Positions 49,639 through 60,394 of a stretch of DNA of 64,000 nt are shown in pieces; position 1 is the stretch's first letter, and each line of letters starts with the position of its first letter. The notes under the pieces are model-generated. The model saw nothing but the letters and a program-made list of their open reading frames with translations, did not search any database and had not been told where the DNA came from. Location of the stretch: positions 1 to 64,000 of IMG/VR virus record IMGVR_UViG_2740891861_000008. One strand, 5' to 3'. Origin of the DNA: a virus (Duplodnaviria > Caudoviricetes). Both the position numbers and the translations under genes were made by a program.

Positions 49639-50745
49639 GTGCGGGTACTATGCCTGCAACATGTAGCGCAATTCAAACAAGGGTTCTTGATAGTGATCGT
49701 GAGCGCCACTAGCACAAAGTCCAAGGTCACCTTCTTGGAAACGGTTTATCCACCGATTTCCAATCAGGAGACTATCTGGCTTCAGAATGACCCGGAGGTG
49801 GAGGCGCTGCTGAGGCAGAGTGACTTCTATATGATAGGGGGGCGCGCCGAGGCAAAATACTTGAATCTCGTCATCGACCCTGAGGCCAATGCTATCACCT
49901 TTGACTTCGCGATTGGCGACGATTTTCGTGACCCCGTCGAGATCCGCATCCGCGATCTACCAGCCGTCAAGCAATCGAACGCTGATTCCTTTTGGATCGA
50001 GACCGGCGACAAGAATATCCGAATATGGGACGGACCGATCGGCGAGGCCAGCTCGAACGTTCTGGAGTGGTTCACGACCGAGAAACTGATTTGGGATCGG
50101 TCGCGTGGCCGTATGGGTATCGAGCGCTTCGATCGTTACCGCGAGGCCGCGATCTACGATCTCCTTTATGTCGGCATCGCCAAGGTCGGTGACAGCTTCG
50201 ACCGTCTCATCAGCAATGGGCACAAAGCTCGCATGGAGATCCTCGGCAACGAGCCCCAGCGCTATCCCGGAGCGCGGGTGACCGACGAAATCTATTTGTT
50301 CTTGTTCAACGTGCAGCCGCTCATCATGACGACATTCGAGCTGGGCCATGACTTCGAGAACGAAGATTTCAGAAGCGCCTACGACCATAAGCGTATCGTC
50401 GCCGACGCCGAGAAGGCGTTCGTAAGCACCCTGAAGCCCGAATACAACGTGGTGAAGTTCGCGAGCTACCCGAAGGGTGCGGACGGCCTCTACGGCTCTG
50501 ACTTCGTTCGATACGGCTACGCGATCTGCGAGGCCATCTCCTTCAACACGGCGCATGGCCGGATCAGGGGAAGCCGGGACGCGGACACCGGCTTCATCAC
50601 TAATGATGCCGACAGCATCTTCGTCGAAGGAAACACTGTGAAGCTGTTCGTCTCGGGCGTCGACTTCTCGGCCGAGTCGCCGCCAGCCGCGCTGAATGCG
50701 GCTCCGCAAGTCGACAAGAAGGAAGAAAACCAGGGGGGTGTATGA
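49639..50745 (+). CDS. GIY-YIG-like nuclease (start uncertain)
   Basis: LLYVGIA..DRL...H...DAEKAF..LKPEYN; ATGA overlap with next gene. Confidence 0.6.
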   Translation: MRVLCLQHVAQFKQGFLIVIVSATSTKSKVTFLETVYPPISNQETIWLQNDPEVEALLRQSDFYMIGGRAEAKYLNLVIDPEANAITFDFAIGDDFRDPVEIRIRDLPAVKQSNADSFWIETGDKNIRIWDGPIGEASSNVLEWFTTEKLIWDRSRGRMGIERFDRYREAAIYDLLYVGIAKVGDSFDRLISNGHKARMEILGNEPQRYPGARVTDEIYLFLFNVQPLIMTTFELGHDFENEDFRSAYDHKRIVADAEKAFVSTLKPEYNVVKFASYPKGADGLYGSDFVRYGYAICEAISFNTAHGRIRGSRDADTGFITNDADSIFVEGNTVKLFVSGVDFSAESPPAALNAAPQVDKKEENQGGV

Positions 50746-53705
50746 TCAATCGCGGTTCCGAATGGCATCGATGGGAGCCGCATATCCATGCGCCCGGCAC
50801 CCTGTTCAACAACCAATTCAAAGGCCCGAGCGCCTGGAACGACTATCTCACCAGCCTCGAACAGGCGACGCCGGTGATACGCGCGATTGCGGTGACCGAC
50901 TATTATTGTACCGACACCTATCAGGACGTTGTCCGAGAGATGAAGGAAAATGGCCGCCTGCCACAGGTTGCGCTTGTTTTCCCCAATGTCGAGCTACGGC
51001 TCGACGTGGCGACTGTGAAAGAACGCTGGACCAACATCCACTTGCTCGTCTGCCCCGACGATCCGAAGCATGTGGCTGAGGTGGAACGATTTCTCAGCCG
51101 GCTGAGATTTGAAGCCTTCGGCGACAACTTCGCCTGCACGAGAGAAGACTTCGTCAAGCTGGGCCGGAAATCCAAGCCAGAGCTCAGCGACGAGCGGGCC
51201 GCGTTCCGCCACGGGGCTTCGCAGTTCAAGGTCAACTTCGGAAAGTTGCGCGAAGAATACGGCAAGAGCGATTGGGCGAAAGAGAACATCCTGATCGCCG
51301 TCGCAGGGGCCGAGACCGATGGCACGTCCGGCATCCGCGATGCGAATGACGCAACCTTGCGACAGGAAATCGAGAAGTTCGCGCACTTCATTTTTGCCAG
51401 CAGCCCGGCCCAGAGGGATTTCTGGCTAGGCCGGAAAAGCGGCGTCGGAGAAGACCTGCTGCGCGAACGATATGACGGGTGCAAACCGTGCCTGCACGGC
51501 AGCGATGCGCATGAGCAGGCGACCGTCGCCAAGCCAGACGGCAACCGCTACTCTTGGATCAAAGGTGCGCTCGAATTCGATGCGCTACGCCAAGCCTACA
51601 TCGATCCTGCGGGCCGGGCTTATGTCGGACCTAATCCCCCGTTTCGAGCGACGCCCGCACGCGTTGTCGCGGAGGTCGAATTGACGGGCGCCGACTGGGC
51701 GCAGACGCCCAAGCTCGCGCTCAACCCCGGTTTAGTCGCTATCATTGGGGCCCGGGGATCGGGCAAGACCGCGCTTGCGGATGCGATCGCGGCGGGATGC
51801 GACGCGACGGATGGACGATTGAGCAATGCGTCATTTATCGTGCGAGCGCGAGAGCATCTCGACGGCGTAGGCGTCCGGCTGAGCTGGGAGACCGGAGATC
51901 CGTCGGTGCGCCCCTTGCTCGACGATTCATTTGATCCGTCGCTCTACCCGCGAGCGCGGTATCTTTCCCAGAAATTCGTCGAGGAGCTTTGTTCGGCTGA
52001 TGGCCTCAAGGACGAATTGCTGAGCGAGATCGAACGGGTCATTTTTGAAGCGCATAGCACGCTGGAACGCGACGGAGCGACGGATTTTCGTGAGCTGTTG
52101 GAGTTGCGGACGATCGTGTTGCGCGACAACCGCGGCCGTGACGAAGAGGCCATTGAGACACTCTCTGATCAAATCGGGCTCGAACGCGAGAAGCAGAGCC
52201 AGATCGTGGGCCTCAAATCGCAAATCACTCAGAAGGACGCGCTGATAGCGGGCTATATCAAGAGCCGAGACAAGTTGGTAACCGCGGGCAGCGCGGAGCG
52301 CGTCGCGCGGCTGAACGCGCTGACTGAAGCCGCCGATTATGTCCGGACGCAGATTCGGCTTTGGTCACAGGAGACTCAGGCTCTGCGCTCATTGCAGAAC
52401 GACGTATCCGATTTCCGAACAAATCGCGCGCCGATGGCCCTGCGAACGACCAAGCAGAACTTCGTTGGTGCGCATCTCGATGATACGTCGTGGGAGGCAT
52501 TCCGGCAGACCTACGCCGGCAACGTCGACGGGACATTGACTGAGCGACTGGCCAAGGCCGAGAAGGCAACTGCAGGGTGGCGAGGTAAGGAGCTGCCGCG
52601 TAAGACGAGCGACCAGGAGCCCTTTGTCGCTGACGACGCCGAGCTTAAGCAATTGTCGCTTGGCGAACTTGAGGCCGAGATCGGCCGCATTCAGCGCCTC
52701 ATTAACATTGATACCGACACTGCCAATCGCTTGCGCACGATCACCACTAAGATCGGGGACGAGAACGCCACCCTGAAGCGGCTGAAGGATTCCCTGACCG
52801 ACTGCGAAGGCGCGGCGGCGCGGACCACGCAGCTCCAGTCCGATCGAGAGAAGGCCTATTTGCGGGTCTTCGAATCCATTGTTGCCGAAGAACAAGTGCT
52901 GCACGCGCTGTATCGACCGCTCATGGACCGGCTTGCGCAAGCGTCCGGGACACTGCGCAAATTGTCGTTCTCAGTGTCGCGCCATGCGGATGTGCATCGC
53001 TGGGCGACAGAGGGCGAAGGCCTGTTCGACAAACGACGCACCGGCCCGTTCAAGGGCGTTGGCACTCTGGAGGCTTGGGCCAACGCGCTGCTGAAGCCGG
53101 CGTGGGAATCGGGCGATCCAAAAGCCGTTGCCGAGGCCATGGCGGGGTTCCGCCAGGCTCATCAGGCCGAACTGCTCGATCTCTCCGAGGTGCCGCGATC
53201 ACAGCAAGCGGATTATCGCTCCTGGCTGAGACGCTTCGCCAAGTGGCTTTACGGCACGAGCCATATCGAGATCACCTATAGTATCGACTACGAAGCCGTC
53301 GACATCCGCAAGCTCTCTCCAGGCACGCGCGGCATCGTCCTGCTGTTGCTCTATCTCGCCTTGGACGATAGTGATGACCGCCCGCTGATCATCGACCAGC
53401 CGGAGGAAAACCTCGATCCGAAGTCGATCTTCGACGAGCTGGTAGAGCTATTCATCGCCGCGAAAAACGTACGCCAGGTCATTATGGTAACGCACAACGC
53501 GAACCTCGTCGTCAACACGGATGCCGATCAGGTCATCGTTGCGTTTTCCGGCACACATACGCCAGGCAAGCTGCCGCCCATTCGCTACCTGTCGGGTGGC
53601 CTTGAAGACGCGACGATGCGAAAGCATGTCTGCGATATCCTCGAGGGTGGCGACCGTGCATTTAAGGAGCGCGCGCGGCGCCTCCGTGTCCGCCTCGATC
53701 GATGA
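50742..53705 (+). CDS. PHP phosphoesterase + ABC/SMC-like ATPase (Ppl/TrlF-like)
   Basis: PHIH, VTDY, GSDAH; GARGSGKT, coiled coils, LSPG, IIDQPEENLD, VTHN. Confidence 0.85.
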   Translation: MINRGSEWHRWEPHIHAPGTLFNNQFKGPSAWNDYLTSLEQATPVIRAIAVTDYYCTDTYQDVVREMKENGRLPQVALVFPNVELRLDVATVKERWTNIHLLVCPDDPKHVAEVERFLSRLRFEAFGDNFACTREDFVKLGRKSKPELSDERAAFRHGASQFKVNFGKLREEYGKSDWAKENILIAVAGAETDGTSGIRDANDATLRQEIEKFAHFIFASSPAQRDFWLGRKSGVGEDLLRERYDGCKPCLHGSDAHEQATVAKPDGNRYSWIKGALEFDALRQAYIDPAGRAYVGPNPPFRATPARVVAEVELTGADWAQTPKLALNPGLVAIIGARGSGKTALADAIAAGCDATDGRLSNASFIVRAREHLDGVGVRLSWETGDPSVRPLLDDSFDPSLYPRARYLSQKFVEELCSADGLKDELLSEIERVIFEAHSTLERDGATDFRELLELRTIVLRDNRGRDEEAIETLSDQIGLEREKQSQIVGLKSQITQKDALIAGYIKSRDKLVTAGSAERVARLNALTEAADYVRTQIRLWSQETQALRSLQNDVSDFRTNRAPMALRTTKQNFVGAHLDDTSWEAFRQTYAGNVDGTLTERLAKAEKATAGWRGKELPRKTSDQEPFVADDAELKQLSLGELEAEIGRIQRLINIDTDTANRLRTITTKIGDENATLKRLKDSLTDCEGAAARTTQLQSDREKAYLRVFESIVAEEQVLHALYRPLMDRLAQASGTLRKLSFSVSRHADVHRWATEGEGLFDKRRTGPFKGVGTLEAWANALLKPAWESGDPKAVAEAMAGFRQAHQAELLDLSEVPRSQQADYRSWLRRFAKWLYGTSHIEITYSIDYEAVDIRKLSPGTRGIVLLLLYLALDDSDDRPLIIDQPEENLDPKSIFDELVELFIAAKNVRQVIMVTHNANLVVNTDADQVIVAFSGTHTPGKLPPIRYLSGGLEDATMRKHVCDILEGGDRAFKERARRLRVRLDR

Positions 53706-53973
53706 GGACGGAAGATGAGATGGAAAGCATGTTGGTCCGGATCGTGTCGGCCGATCTGGCGCTACATCTCTATCAATGGCCCGCAAACGCCGAGCGGGTT
53801 CATTTGAAGTCAACAACATTCGACAGTGCTGGCAATCTTTAGTGAGGTCCCGAAATAGCCATTCGCCCCCGTCATGTTGAACGGCAGCTTCCTGCGCTTT
53901 GGGTTCAATGTACTGTGGCTGCCGTGCCCTTCTGTGGCGCGTGCGATCATCGTCGTAGGTTGGGCGTCCGTGC

Positions 53974-53994
53974 TCTTGTCAACGTCTGGTCAAC
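53974..53994. repeat. Putative integrase arm-type site (right)
   Basis: TCTTGTCAACGTCTGGTCAAC matches 190-210. Confidence 0.65.
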
Positions 53995-54132
53995 CCGCGA
54001 ATGCCGCCTCGGCACTTCGGAAGCTGTCGAATCACGATGATACTTGGTAGATTCCAACGAGAGATTTTGCGATTTCAAAGGCTTGCTCGCTAACGCATTG
54101 ATTTGAAGGGAATCTGAAAAATTACAGGGCTC

Positions 54133-54179
54133 GGCTCATAACCTGAAGGCCGTAGGTTCAAATCCTACCCCCGCAACCA
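54133..54179 (+). repeat. attR of element 1 / left junction of element 2 (tRNA 3' half)
   Basis: GGCTCATAACCTGAAGGCCGTAGGTTCAAATCCTACCCCCGCAACCA; no 5' half; flanked by IHF-consensus sites. Confidence 0.92.
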
Positions 54180-54339
54180 GAAAATAACGCGTTATCAAAC
54201 GCTTATGCGCCGCCCTCCGGGGCGGCGTTTGCGTTTCCAGCACCCGTGGAAGCACTGTGGAAGCAAGAGGGCGCGAAGTCCTTCATGTCGCTGCGTAAAT
54301 CTGCACGCGCCGAAATTAGTGCAGCATGAGCGGCGCCCC

Positions 54340-56214
54340 TCAAGGGAACATCCTCTCGCAAGCTGACCGATGTGCCAGCGACAGCGCCTCTGGATCGATG
54401 CCAAGCCGATCAGCGTACTGGATGCTCATTCCGTCCATCACATCGGTGATCGACACTGCGAGCAGTTCGTCCTTCGAGAGGTGCGTCCTGCGATAGACCT
54501 GCTCCATCAAGGGAAGGATGTGGCGCTGTATCTTGGTGCGTTCGCTTGGTGAGAGCCGTGCACACAGGCAAGCATGCATGCACCAGAAGCAGGTGGCCCA
54601 GCACTCGAGCAAGTCGGCAGGAAGTTGGTCGTGGACGCTGTCAAGCTTCAAGAACCGTATGGCGGGCTTTGACCCGCCGAAAACTTTGAAAATCAGCCGT
54701 CCGAGGACGTAAGGCCAACTGTTGGGATCGCCCTCCACGGGTAGAACCTGCAAGCTTGTCCGATCTTTCAGCTTTTCGCCTGCCTTGTCCGTGCCTCTCC
54801 ACGAGGCGGCACAGATGATCATCAGTAGTGCGCGAAGCCGCAGAAAATCGCGGGACGAAAGGCTGCCACTCTCCTGCTTGAGTTCGATGCGCTTAGCGAA
54901 GTCCGCGGCCGCCTTCACAAGCTGATCCTTCGTCGCCTGCGCCCGACGAGCGTTGCGACGCTGCTCTTCCTCGCCTCCGTCCTGAACTGGCCTCGAAGTC
55001 GGTTTGGCCGCGAACTCCTCCCCTGCCGCCATCGCGGCTTCGGCATTCTGGGTCTCGTCCCCGAGATCGAAGGCATCCTTCAGGGCGTCCTCGTCGTTTT
55101 CATCGACCGGCGTTACGAGCGAGTTCAACCCGACGATCCGGTTCAGAAAGCCGCGGACGATAGATACGTCGCTGCCGCCGAGGCTGTTGTGCTGAACATG
55201 CCCCGATTGGTGTGGCCGACGACCAGCGATGAAGTCGTCGTAGCTCAGTTGGCGATGCTTCTGGCCGCCTTCATCCGTTTCCTTTCGAGCCTTCGGGATG
55301 GAGACGCCTTCGCCGTGCCCGTCGGCATCGCGATCTTCGATCTTCTCGAGCAAGTCCTGCACTTCGAGCAAAGCGAGGGTGGCTTCTGTTTCGCCGTCCA
55401 GCTGAGCGAGCGCATTCTCCGTTTGTCGTGAGTGTGTTTCGCGAATTGCGATCTGCAGGGCATCTATGTGCGTGATGATCCCTGGCGTGAACTCGTGCGG
55501 CCCGATCAGTCGTGCGAAGGCCGGAAGGTCATCGGTTGCCTCAATCTGGAAGCGGATTCTCCGATGATCAGTACCTTCGAGTCGTGTCGGATTGCTGACC
55601 AGCGGCGCGCCGGAGGCAGCCAGCAATTCGACTTCATATGCCTCGGGTGCGCCGATTTGCGCAGCTGGTCGCCAGCTCAGCGTGTCGCCGTGAACTGCGA
55701 AAATGCCCGGGTGACTCTGAGAGAGGGCGTCGAACGGGATGTCTTCTTCGACGTGCAGCGGCGGCAGCTTCTCAGCCTCAATTCTCCTCTCGGGCGTGAG
55801 CACCTTCTCCAGCCCCAACTCCGAGACAGCCCGACCTGGCGGCAGCTGACGGTATAGGCTTGCCTCGCTGTTGGAGCCTGATGTGTTCCCAGTGCCAAGA
55901 GCTGCAACCGTGCAGTTCGCGCTGCCAATCAAGAGGTGGTCCGCCGTATCGGTTTGCGCGATCAGAGCTTTGGCATGGATGAAGCGACTGCCCCCAAAGC
56001 CATCCCGGCGATAGAGCGTGATGCCGGAAATGCTCCCTGTCGCATCCCGCGGGAACAACCCGGTGTCTGTGTCGATGAGCGCAGCGATTGCCCGTGGGCG
56101 AAGCCGCTCAGCAAGAGCCGACAGGGCTCCGAGCCGCTCATCCCAATAGGGACTGATGACGATCAGGCGTTTCACTTCGCCGTCGATCTCGCGGGCGACG
56201 CGTGCGCCTATGGG
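54340..56214 (-). pseudogene. 5'-truncated PLD (HKD) domain protein
   Basis: VISPYWD, FIHAKALI....D...IGSANCT; frame ends at junction with terS fragment. Confidence 0.7.
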
Positions 56215-56229
56215 CTACAAGATGGACAA

Positions 56230-56441
56230 GGCTGTTCCGGCTGGCGCGGGAGGAACGGGACGCGTGGGTGACCTGGCCTGCGCGCGCGGCGGCGCTGATG
56301 GCGGCCGAGCTCTCGGCCTCGTGCCGCGACGCGACGGGCCAGCAAATCACCGTGGAGCCAGCCGCGATGCAGAAGGTCCTGGAAAAACATGTACGCGCCC
56401 ACCTCGACGAACTCGCCGAGGTCCGGCCCGACTTCCGGTGA
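56230..56441 (+). pseudogene. terS: terS C-terminal fragment
   Basis: LFRLAREERDAWVTWPA..HVRAHLDELA, paralogous to 27166-27702. Confidence 0.8.
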
Positions 56442-57814
56442 GAGCGGCGATGGCCTGACGCACTTCGACGGCGCGGGCGAGATCCTGCGCGCCTGGGGCA
56501 ACGGGCTGCGGCCCGACCCGGACCTGACCGTCTCGGAATGGGCGGACCGGCACCGGATGCTCTCGGGCCGCGCCTCGGCCGAGCCCGGGCGGTATCGCAC
56601 GGTGCGCACGCCCTACATGCGCGAGATCATGGATCGGCTGTCGCCGGGCGATCCCACGCAGCGGATCGTGTTCATGAAGGCTGCGCAGGTCGGGGCGACC
56701 GAGGCCGGCAACAACTGGATCGGCTTCGCGATCCATCAGGCGCCGGGCCCGATGCTCGCGGTCCAGCCGACGGTGGAACTGGCCAAGCGCAACTCGCGAC
56801 AGCGGATCGACCCGCTGATCGACGAGAGCCCCGAGCTGCGGGAGCGGGTCAAGCCCGCGCGATCCCGCGATGCGGGCAACACGATGCTGTCGAAGGAATT
56901 CGCGGGCGGCATCCTGATCATGACGGGCGCGAACTCGGCGGTCGGGCTGCGCTCGACCCCGGCACGGTACATCTTCCTCGACGAGGTCGACGCCTATCCG
57001 GCCTCGGCCGACGAGGAAGGCGATCCGGTGACGCTGGCCGAGGCCCGGTCGCTGACCTTCGCCCATCGCCGCAAGGTGCTGCTCGTCTCGACCCCGACGA
57101 TCCGGGGGCTGAGCCGGATCGAGCGCGAATACGAGGCGTCCGACCAGCGCCGGTTCTTCGTGCCGTGCCCGCATTGCGGTGCGATGCAGTGGCTGAAGTT
57201 CGACCGGCTGCGCTGGCAGAAGGGCCGCCCGGAGACGGCGGAGTATCACTGCGAGGGCTGCGAAACGCCCATCGCGGAGCACCACAAGACGGCGATGCTG
57301 GAGGGCGGCGAATGGCGGGCGACCGCGACCGCCGCCGATCCGACGACGGTCGGGTATCACCTCTCGGCGCTCTATTCGCCGATCGGCTGGCTGAGCTGGG
57401 AGCGGATCGTGCGGGCATGGGACGCGGCTCAGGGGTCGGACGAGGCGATCAAGGCGTTCCGCAACACGATCCTCGGCGAGACCTGGGTCGAGACCGGGGA
57501 AGCCCCGGACTGGCAGCGGCTCTACGACCGCCGCGAGCGCTGGACATCCGACACGGTGCCAGCTGGCGGGCTGTTCCTGACCGCCGGGGCAGACGTGCAG
57601 AAGGACCGGATCGAGGTCGACGTCTGGGCATGGGGGCGCGGTCTGGAAAGCTGGCTCGTCGATCATGTCGTGATTGAGGGCGGGCCGGACCGGCACGACG
57701 CGTGGTCGGAGCTGACGGCGCTGCTGGATCGAAGCTGGCCGCATGCCCGGACGGCCGCTTTCGGTGCTGGCATTGACGGTTCCGATTGCTTGGAAAAACG
57801 TGAGCGACAGTAGC

Positions 57815-57840
57815 TTACTTTTTCCAAAAGTAACACACTA
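57815..57840 (-). other. MOBV-like oriT
   Basis: Minus-strand TAGTGTGTTA overlapping IR TTACTTTT-TCC-AAAAGTAA. Confidence 0.55.
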
Positions 57841-58029
57841 CCGATTGACCCTTGCCGGGCCGCTCCGCTTCAATCCGTGTGGCAAGGGATACCCCTGCAC
57901 CCCGAACGGCCTTTCAGGCCGTGCGGCCTTGATCCGCCCCAGCCATGTGGGGGCGGTCGGATCAAGGCCGCCGCGCCACCCCCCATGCCCATTTCCGCAG
58001 AAGTGCATATGCACACGCACTCAAACGAG

Positions 58030-58118
58030 CTTATGTGCTTTTGCACGTTTATGTATTTGCAAATAAAAGACTTTTCGCATTTGTGCATATACACCTTTGT
58101 GCATTTGCAACTGTGCGC
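58030..58118. repeat. AT-rich degenerate 8-bp tandem array
   Basis: TTTTGCAC/GTTTATGT/ATTTGCAA/ATTTGTGC/CTTTGTGC/ATTTGCAA in 8-bp register. Confidence 0.55.
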
Positions 58119-58264
58119 CTTGAGGGAAGCGCGAGGAGCCAGCCCCGGCCCGCTCTCCCCCACAGAGGGCCGTAGGGACGGGGCTGGCGGCGGTGCCGTT
58201 TGCGCATCCCTCACCGAAGCCGCATGTGTTGCACTTGTATACACAAACACCTACACTATCTCGC

Positions 58265-58570
58265 ATGAAGGAGAAGATTGCAGGCTTCGATTGGGACGAG
58301 GGCAACTGGCCCAAGTGCGGCAAGCATGGGGTTGCCCAAACCGAGATCGAACATGTCATCGAGACGGCCAGGTTCATGGTGGATGACCCGAGCCCTAGCG
58401 AGAAGCGGTTCAGGACTGCCGGAAAGGCCCTGAGCGGTCGCTATGTGTTCGTGGCTTTCACCTTCCGGGAGAGAGGTGGGAAAACCTTCCTGCGTCCGAT
58501 CAGCGCCCGCTACATGCACGAGAAGGAGATCAGGAGCTATGAAGCGCAAATGGCCCGAATTGACCTCTGA
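58265..58570 (+). CDS. brnT: BrnT family toxin
   Basis: FDWD..N..KC.KHGV, RPISARYMH.KE. Confidence 0.85.
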   Translation: MKEKIAGFDWDEGNWPKCGKHGVAQTEIEHVIETARFMVDDPSPSEKRFRTAGKALSGRYVFVAFTFRERGGKTFLRPISARYMHEKEIRSYEAQMARIDL

Positions 58571-58790
58571 CGAGGACGCAGAGCGTTTCGTAGAGGAAGC
58601 CGACCTCACCGAGTACGATTTCTCGCAGATGGTGCCGGTGAGCTTCGAGTTCGAGAAGAAGGCCGCGGCTCTCAATATGCGCATCCCGCAAAGCCTTCTG
58701 GATGCTGTTAAGGCCAAGGCGGCTGCGAAAGGGGTTCCCTTCACCCGCTATGTGCGGCTGCTCATCGAGCAGGATCTGGCACGGCCTTAG
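58539..58790 (+). CDS. brnA: BrnA/CopG RHH antitoxin
   Basis: SDEDAERF, LNMRIP..LL.AVK.KA...G.P..RY.R. Confidence 0.82.
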   Translation: MKRKWPELTSDEDAERFVEEADLTEYDFSQMVPVSFEFEKKAAALNMRIPQSLLDAVKAKAAAKGVPFTRYVRLLIEQDLARP

Positions 58791-58848
58791 CCGCGACTGT
58801 TGCCACCGTCCCTGAGCGCGTTTGCTCACCGCTAGGCTGGATCGGCTC

Positions 58849-59043
58849 TTAGGTATTCAGCTTGTCGAGCAACTCCACGACGGCGGAGCCATCATCCTCT
58901 CGTAGCGCTGCGCGTGCGATCTCGATCCCCGCGAGGACGCCTCGCAGATAGGCTCCGGCCTCTGGGTCCGTCCGTCCAGCTAGATCGGAAGTCTCGACAT
59001 GATCTCGGGCCGTGTTCAGCCGCTCGGTCTGATAAGGGGTCAT
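58849..59043 (-). CDS. Small hypothetical protein (64 aa)
   Basis: ATGA overlap with upstream HTH gene. Confidence 0.45.
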   Translation of the reverse strand: MTPYQTERLNTARDHVETSDLAGRTDPEAGAYLRGVLAGIEIARAALREDDGSAVVELLDKLNT

Positions 59044-59453
59044 TCTTCTGTCCTTCTTTTCCACGGCCAGAATGAGCGCCGTGGCCGGTTGGAGAGCTTA
59101 ATGGCCATCTGCCGCCACTGATCCCGATCCGCTTCAGCCTGGTCGCGGGCACGTTCGGCTGCATCTGCTCGGGCCGTCGCCAAAGCCAGCTTCTCTCGCA
59201 GGTCTGCCAGGACTTCGGGGTGGGCATATGTGGGCATTTCCGGGTGGGCGTGCCCAGTGGGCGTCCACTGGGCATTTGCCCACTTGTTGAGGTCGTCAGG
59301 GTGGATCCGCCAGCGGTTGCGGTTGTCTCTTGAGGCTTTCAGTTCAAGGGTTTCTATGGCCCTCATGACGGTGCGCCGACTTACCTTGGCGATGTGGGCA
59401 GCCTGGGCAGGAGATATGGGCAAAAGGTGGGCGTTGCCCATGGGCAAGGTCAT
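59040..59453 (-). CDS. Plasmid-type HTH + coiled-coil protein
   Basis: SPAQAA..AKVSRRT..RAI...L.A; RDQWR..A; WPW tail; internal TGGGC repeats. Confidence 0.7.
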   Translation of the reverse strand: MTLPMGNAHLLPISPAQAAHIAKVSRRTVMRAIETLELKASRDNRNRWRIHPDDLNKWANAQWTPTGHAHPEMPTYAHPEVLADLREKLALATARADAAERARDQAEADRDQWRQMAIKLSNRPRRSFWPWKRRTEE

Positions 59454-60184
59454 GTGCGCTTCCGGTGCGCCAACGCCCTTGGGTGTGCACCATCCTTTGC
59501 CTTCTCGGCGAAGGCTGCACGAGCAATATCGGCTGAACGCGGCGCGCATCTGCGGATCGCGCGGCTGGCCATCGACACCGGCTATGAGGCCCCGGCGGTC
59601 TATTCCTGGTCGCGGGCGCAGGGGTTTGGGCAAGTGTCGCCGGTGAAGGGTGTCGAGGGGTTCAATCGCTCGAGCCCGGTCTCGGGGCCGACCTTCGTCG
59701 ATGCGACCGAGGGCGGCAAACGCCTGCGGCGTGGCGCCCGGCTCTGGACCGTGGCAGTCTCGACCTTCAAAGCCGAGACCTACCGCTTCCTGCGACTGGC
59801 GCGGCCGACCGAGGAGGAGGAGGCCGAGGGTGCCGCGTTCCCGCCCGGCACGATCCACCTGCCGACGTGGGTGGAAAGCGAATGGCTGAAGCAGGTCGTG
59901 GCCGAACAGCTGGTGACGGTTCGCACGAAGCGGGGCTTCGCGAAACTCGAATGGCAGAAGCTTCGCGAGCGCAACGAGGCGCTGGATTGCCGGGTCTATG
60001 CCCGCGCCGCCGCCTGGATCGCGGGCGCGGACCGCTGGCCGGACGAGAAATGGCGCGACCTCGAGGATCAGCTCGGGGCGGCGCCAACGGAAATCGATGG
60101 CGCGGGGCGGGTTAACCGGCCGCAATCCGCACCCCAGGGAAAACGGCAGTCGGACTGGCTTGGCCGACGCGGAGGATGGTTCTA

Positions 60185-60394
60185 ATGACCGACTGGACGG
60201 AAGCCGAGCTCTCGGCGTTGCGCCGGGCCTATGCCAGCGGCACGACCCGGGTCAGTTATGATGGAAAATCGGTCGACTACGGCTCGGCCGAGGATCTTCT
60301 GACGCGCATCCGGACCATCGAACGCGCCATCGCGGGCACGGCGCGGCCGCTGCCGGTGGCGGGGCTCGCGGGCTTCTCGCGCGGGGACCGGTGA
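60185..60394 (+). CDS. gpW-like head-tail joining protein
   Basis: ASGTTRVSYDGKSVDY. Confidence 0.8.
   Translation: MTDWTEAELSALRRAYASGTTRVSYDGKSVDYGSAEDLLTRIRTIERAIAGTARPLPVAGLAGFSRGDR

Larger units (their letters stand above)
57746..59533. mobile_element. Small-plasmid-derived insert
   Basis: Flanked by TG; oriT-like site, octamer array, TA pair, plasmid-type HTH; no recombinase. Confidence 0.7.
56389..60185 (+). pseudogene. terL: terL interrupted by 1.8-kb insert
   Basis: ..SWPH at 57745 resumes ERGAHLRIARL at 59535; paralogous to first terL. Confidence 0.88.

Noticed and set aside
54133-54179. Second tRNA-Met gene
   Set aside because: Only the 3' half is present; upstream sequence cannot form the acceptor or D arms, so it is an att copy
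59040-60125. 361-aa ORF as a single gene
   Set aside because: Chimera of terL antisense and the real HTH gene starting at or after 59453
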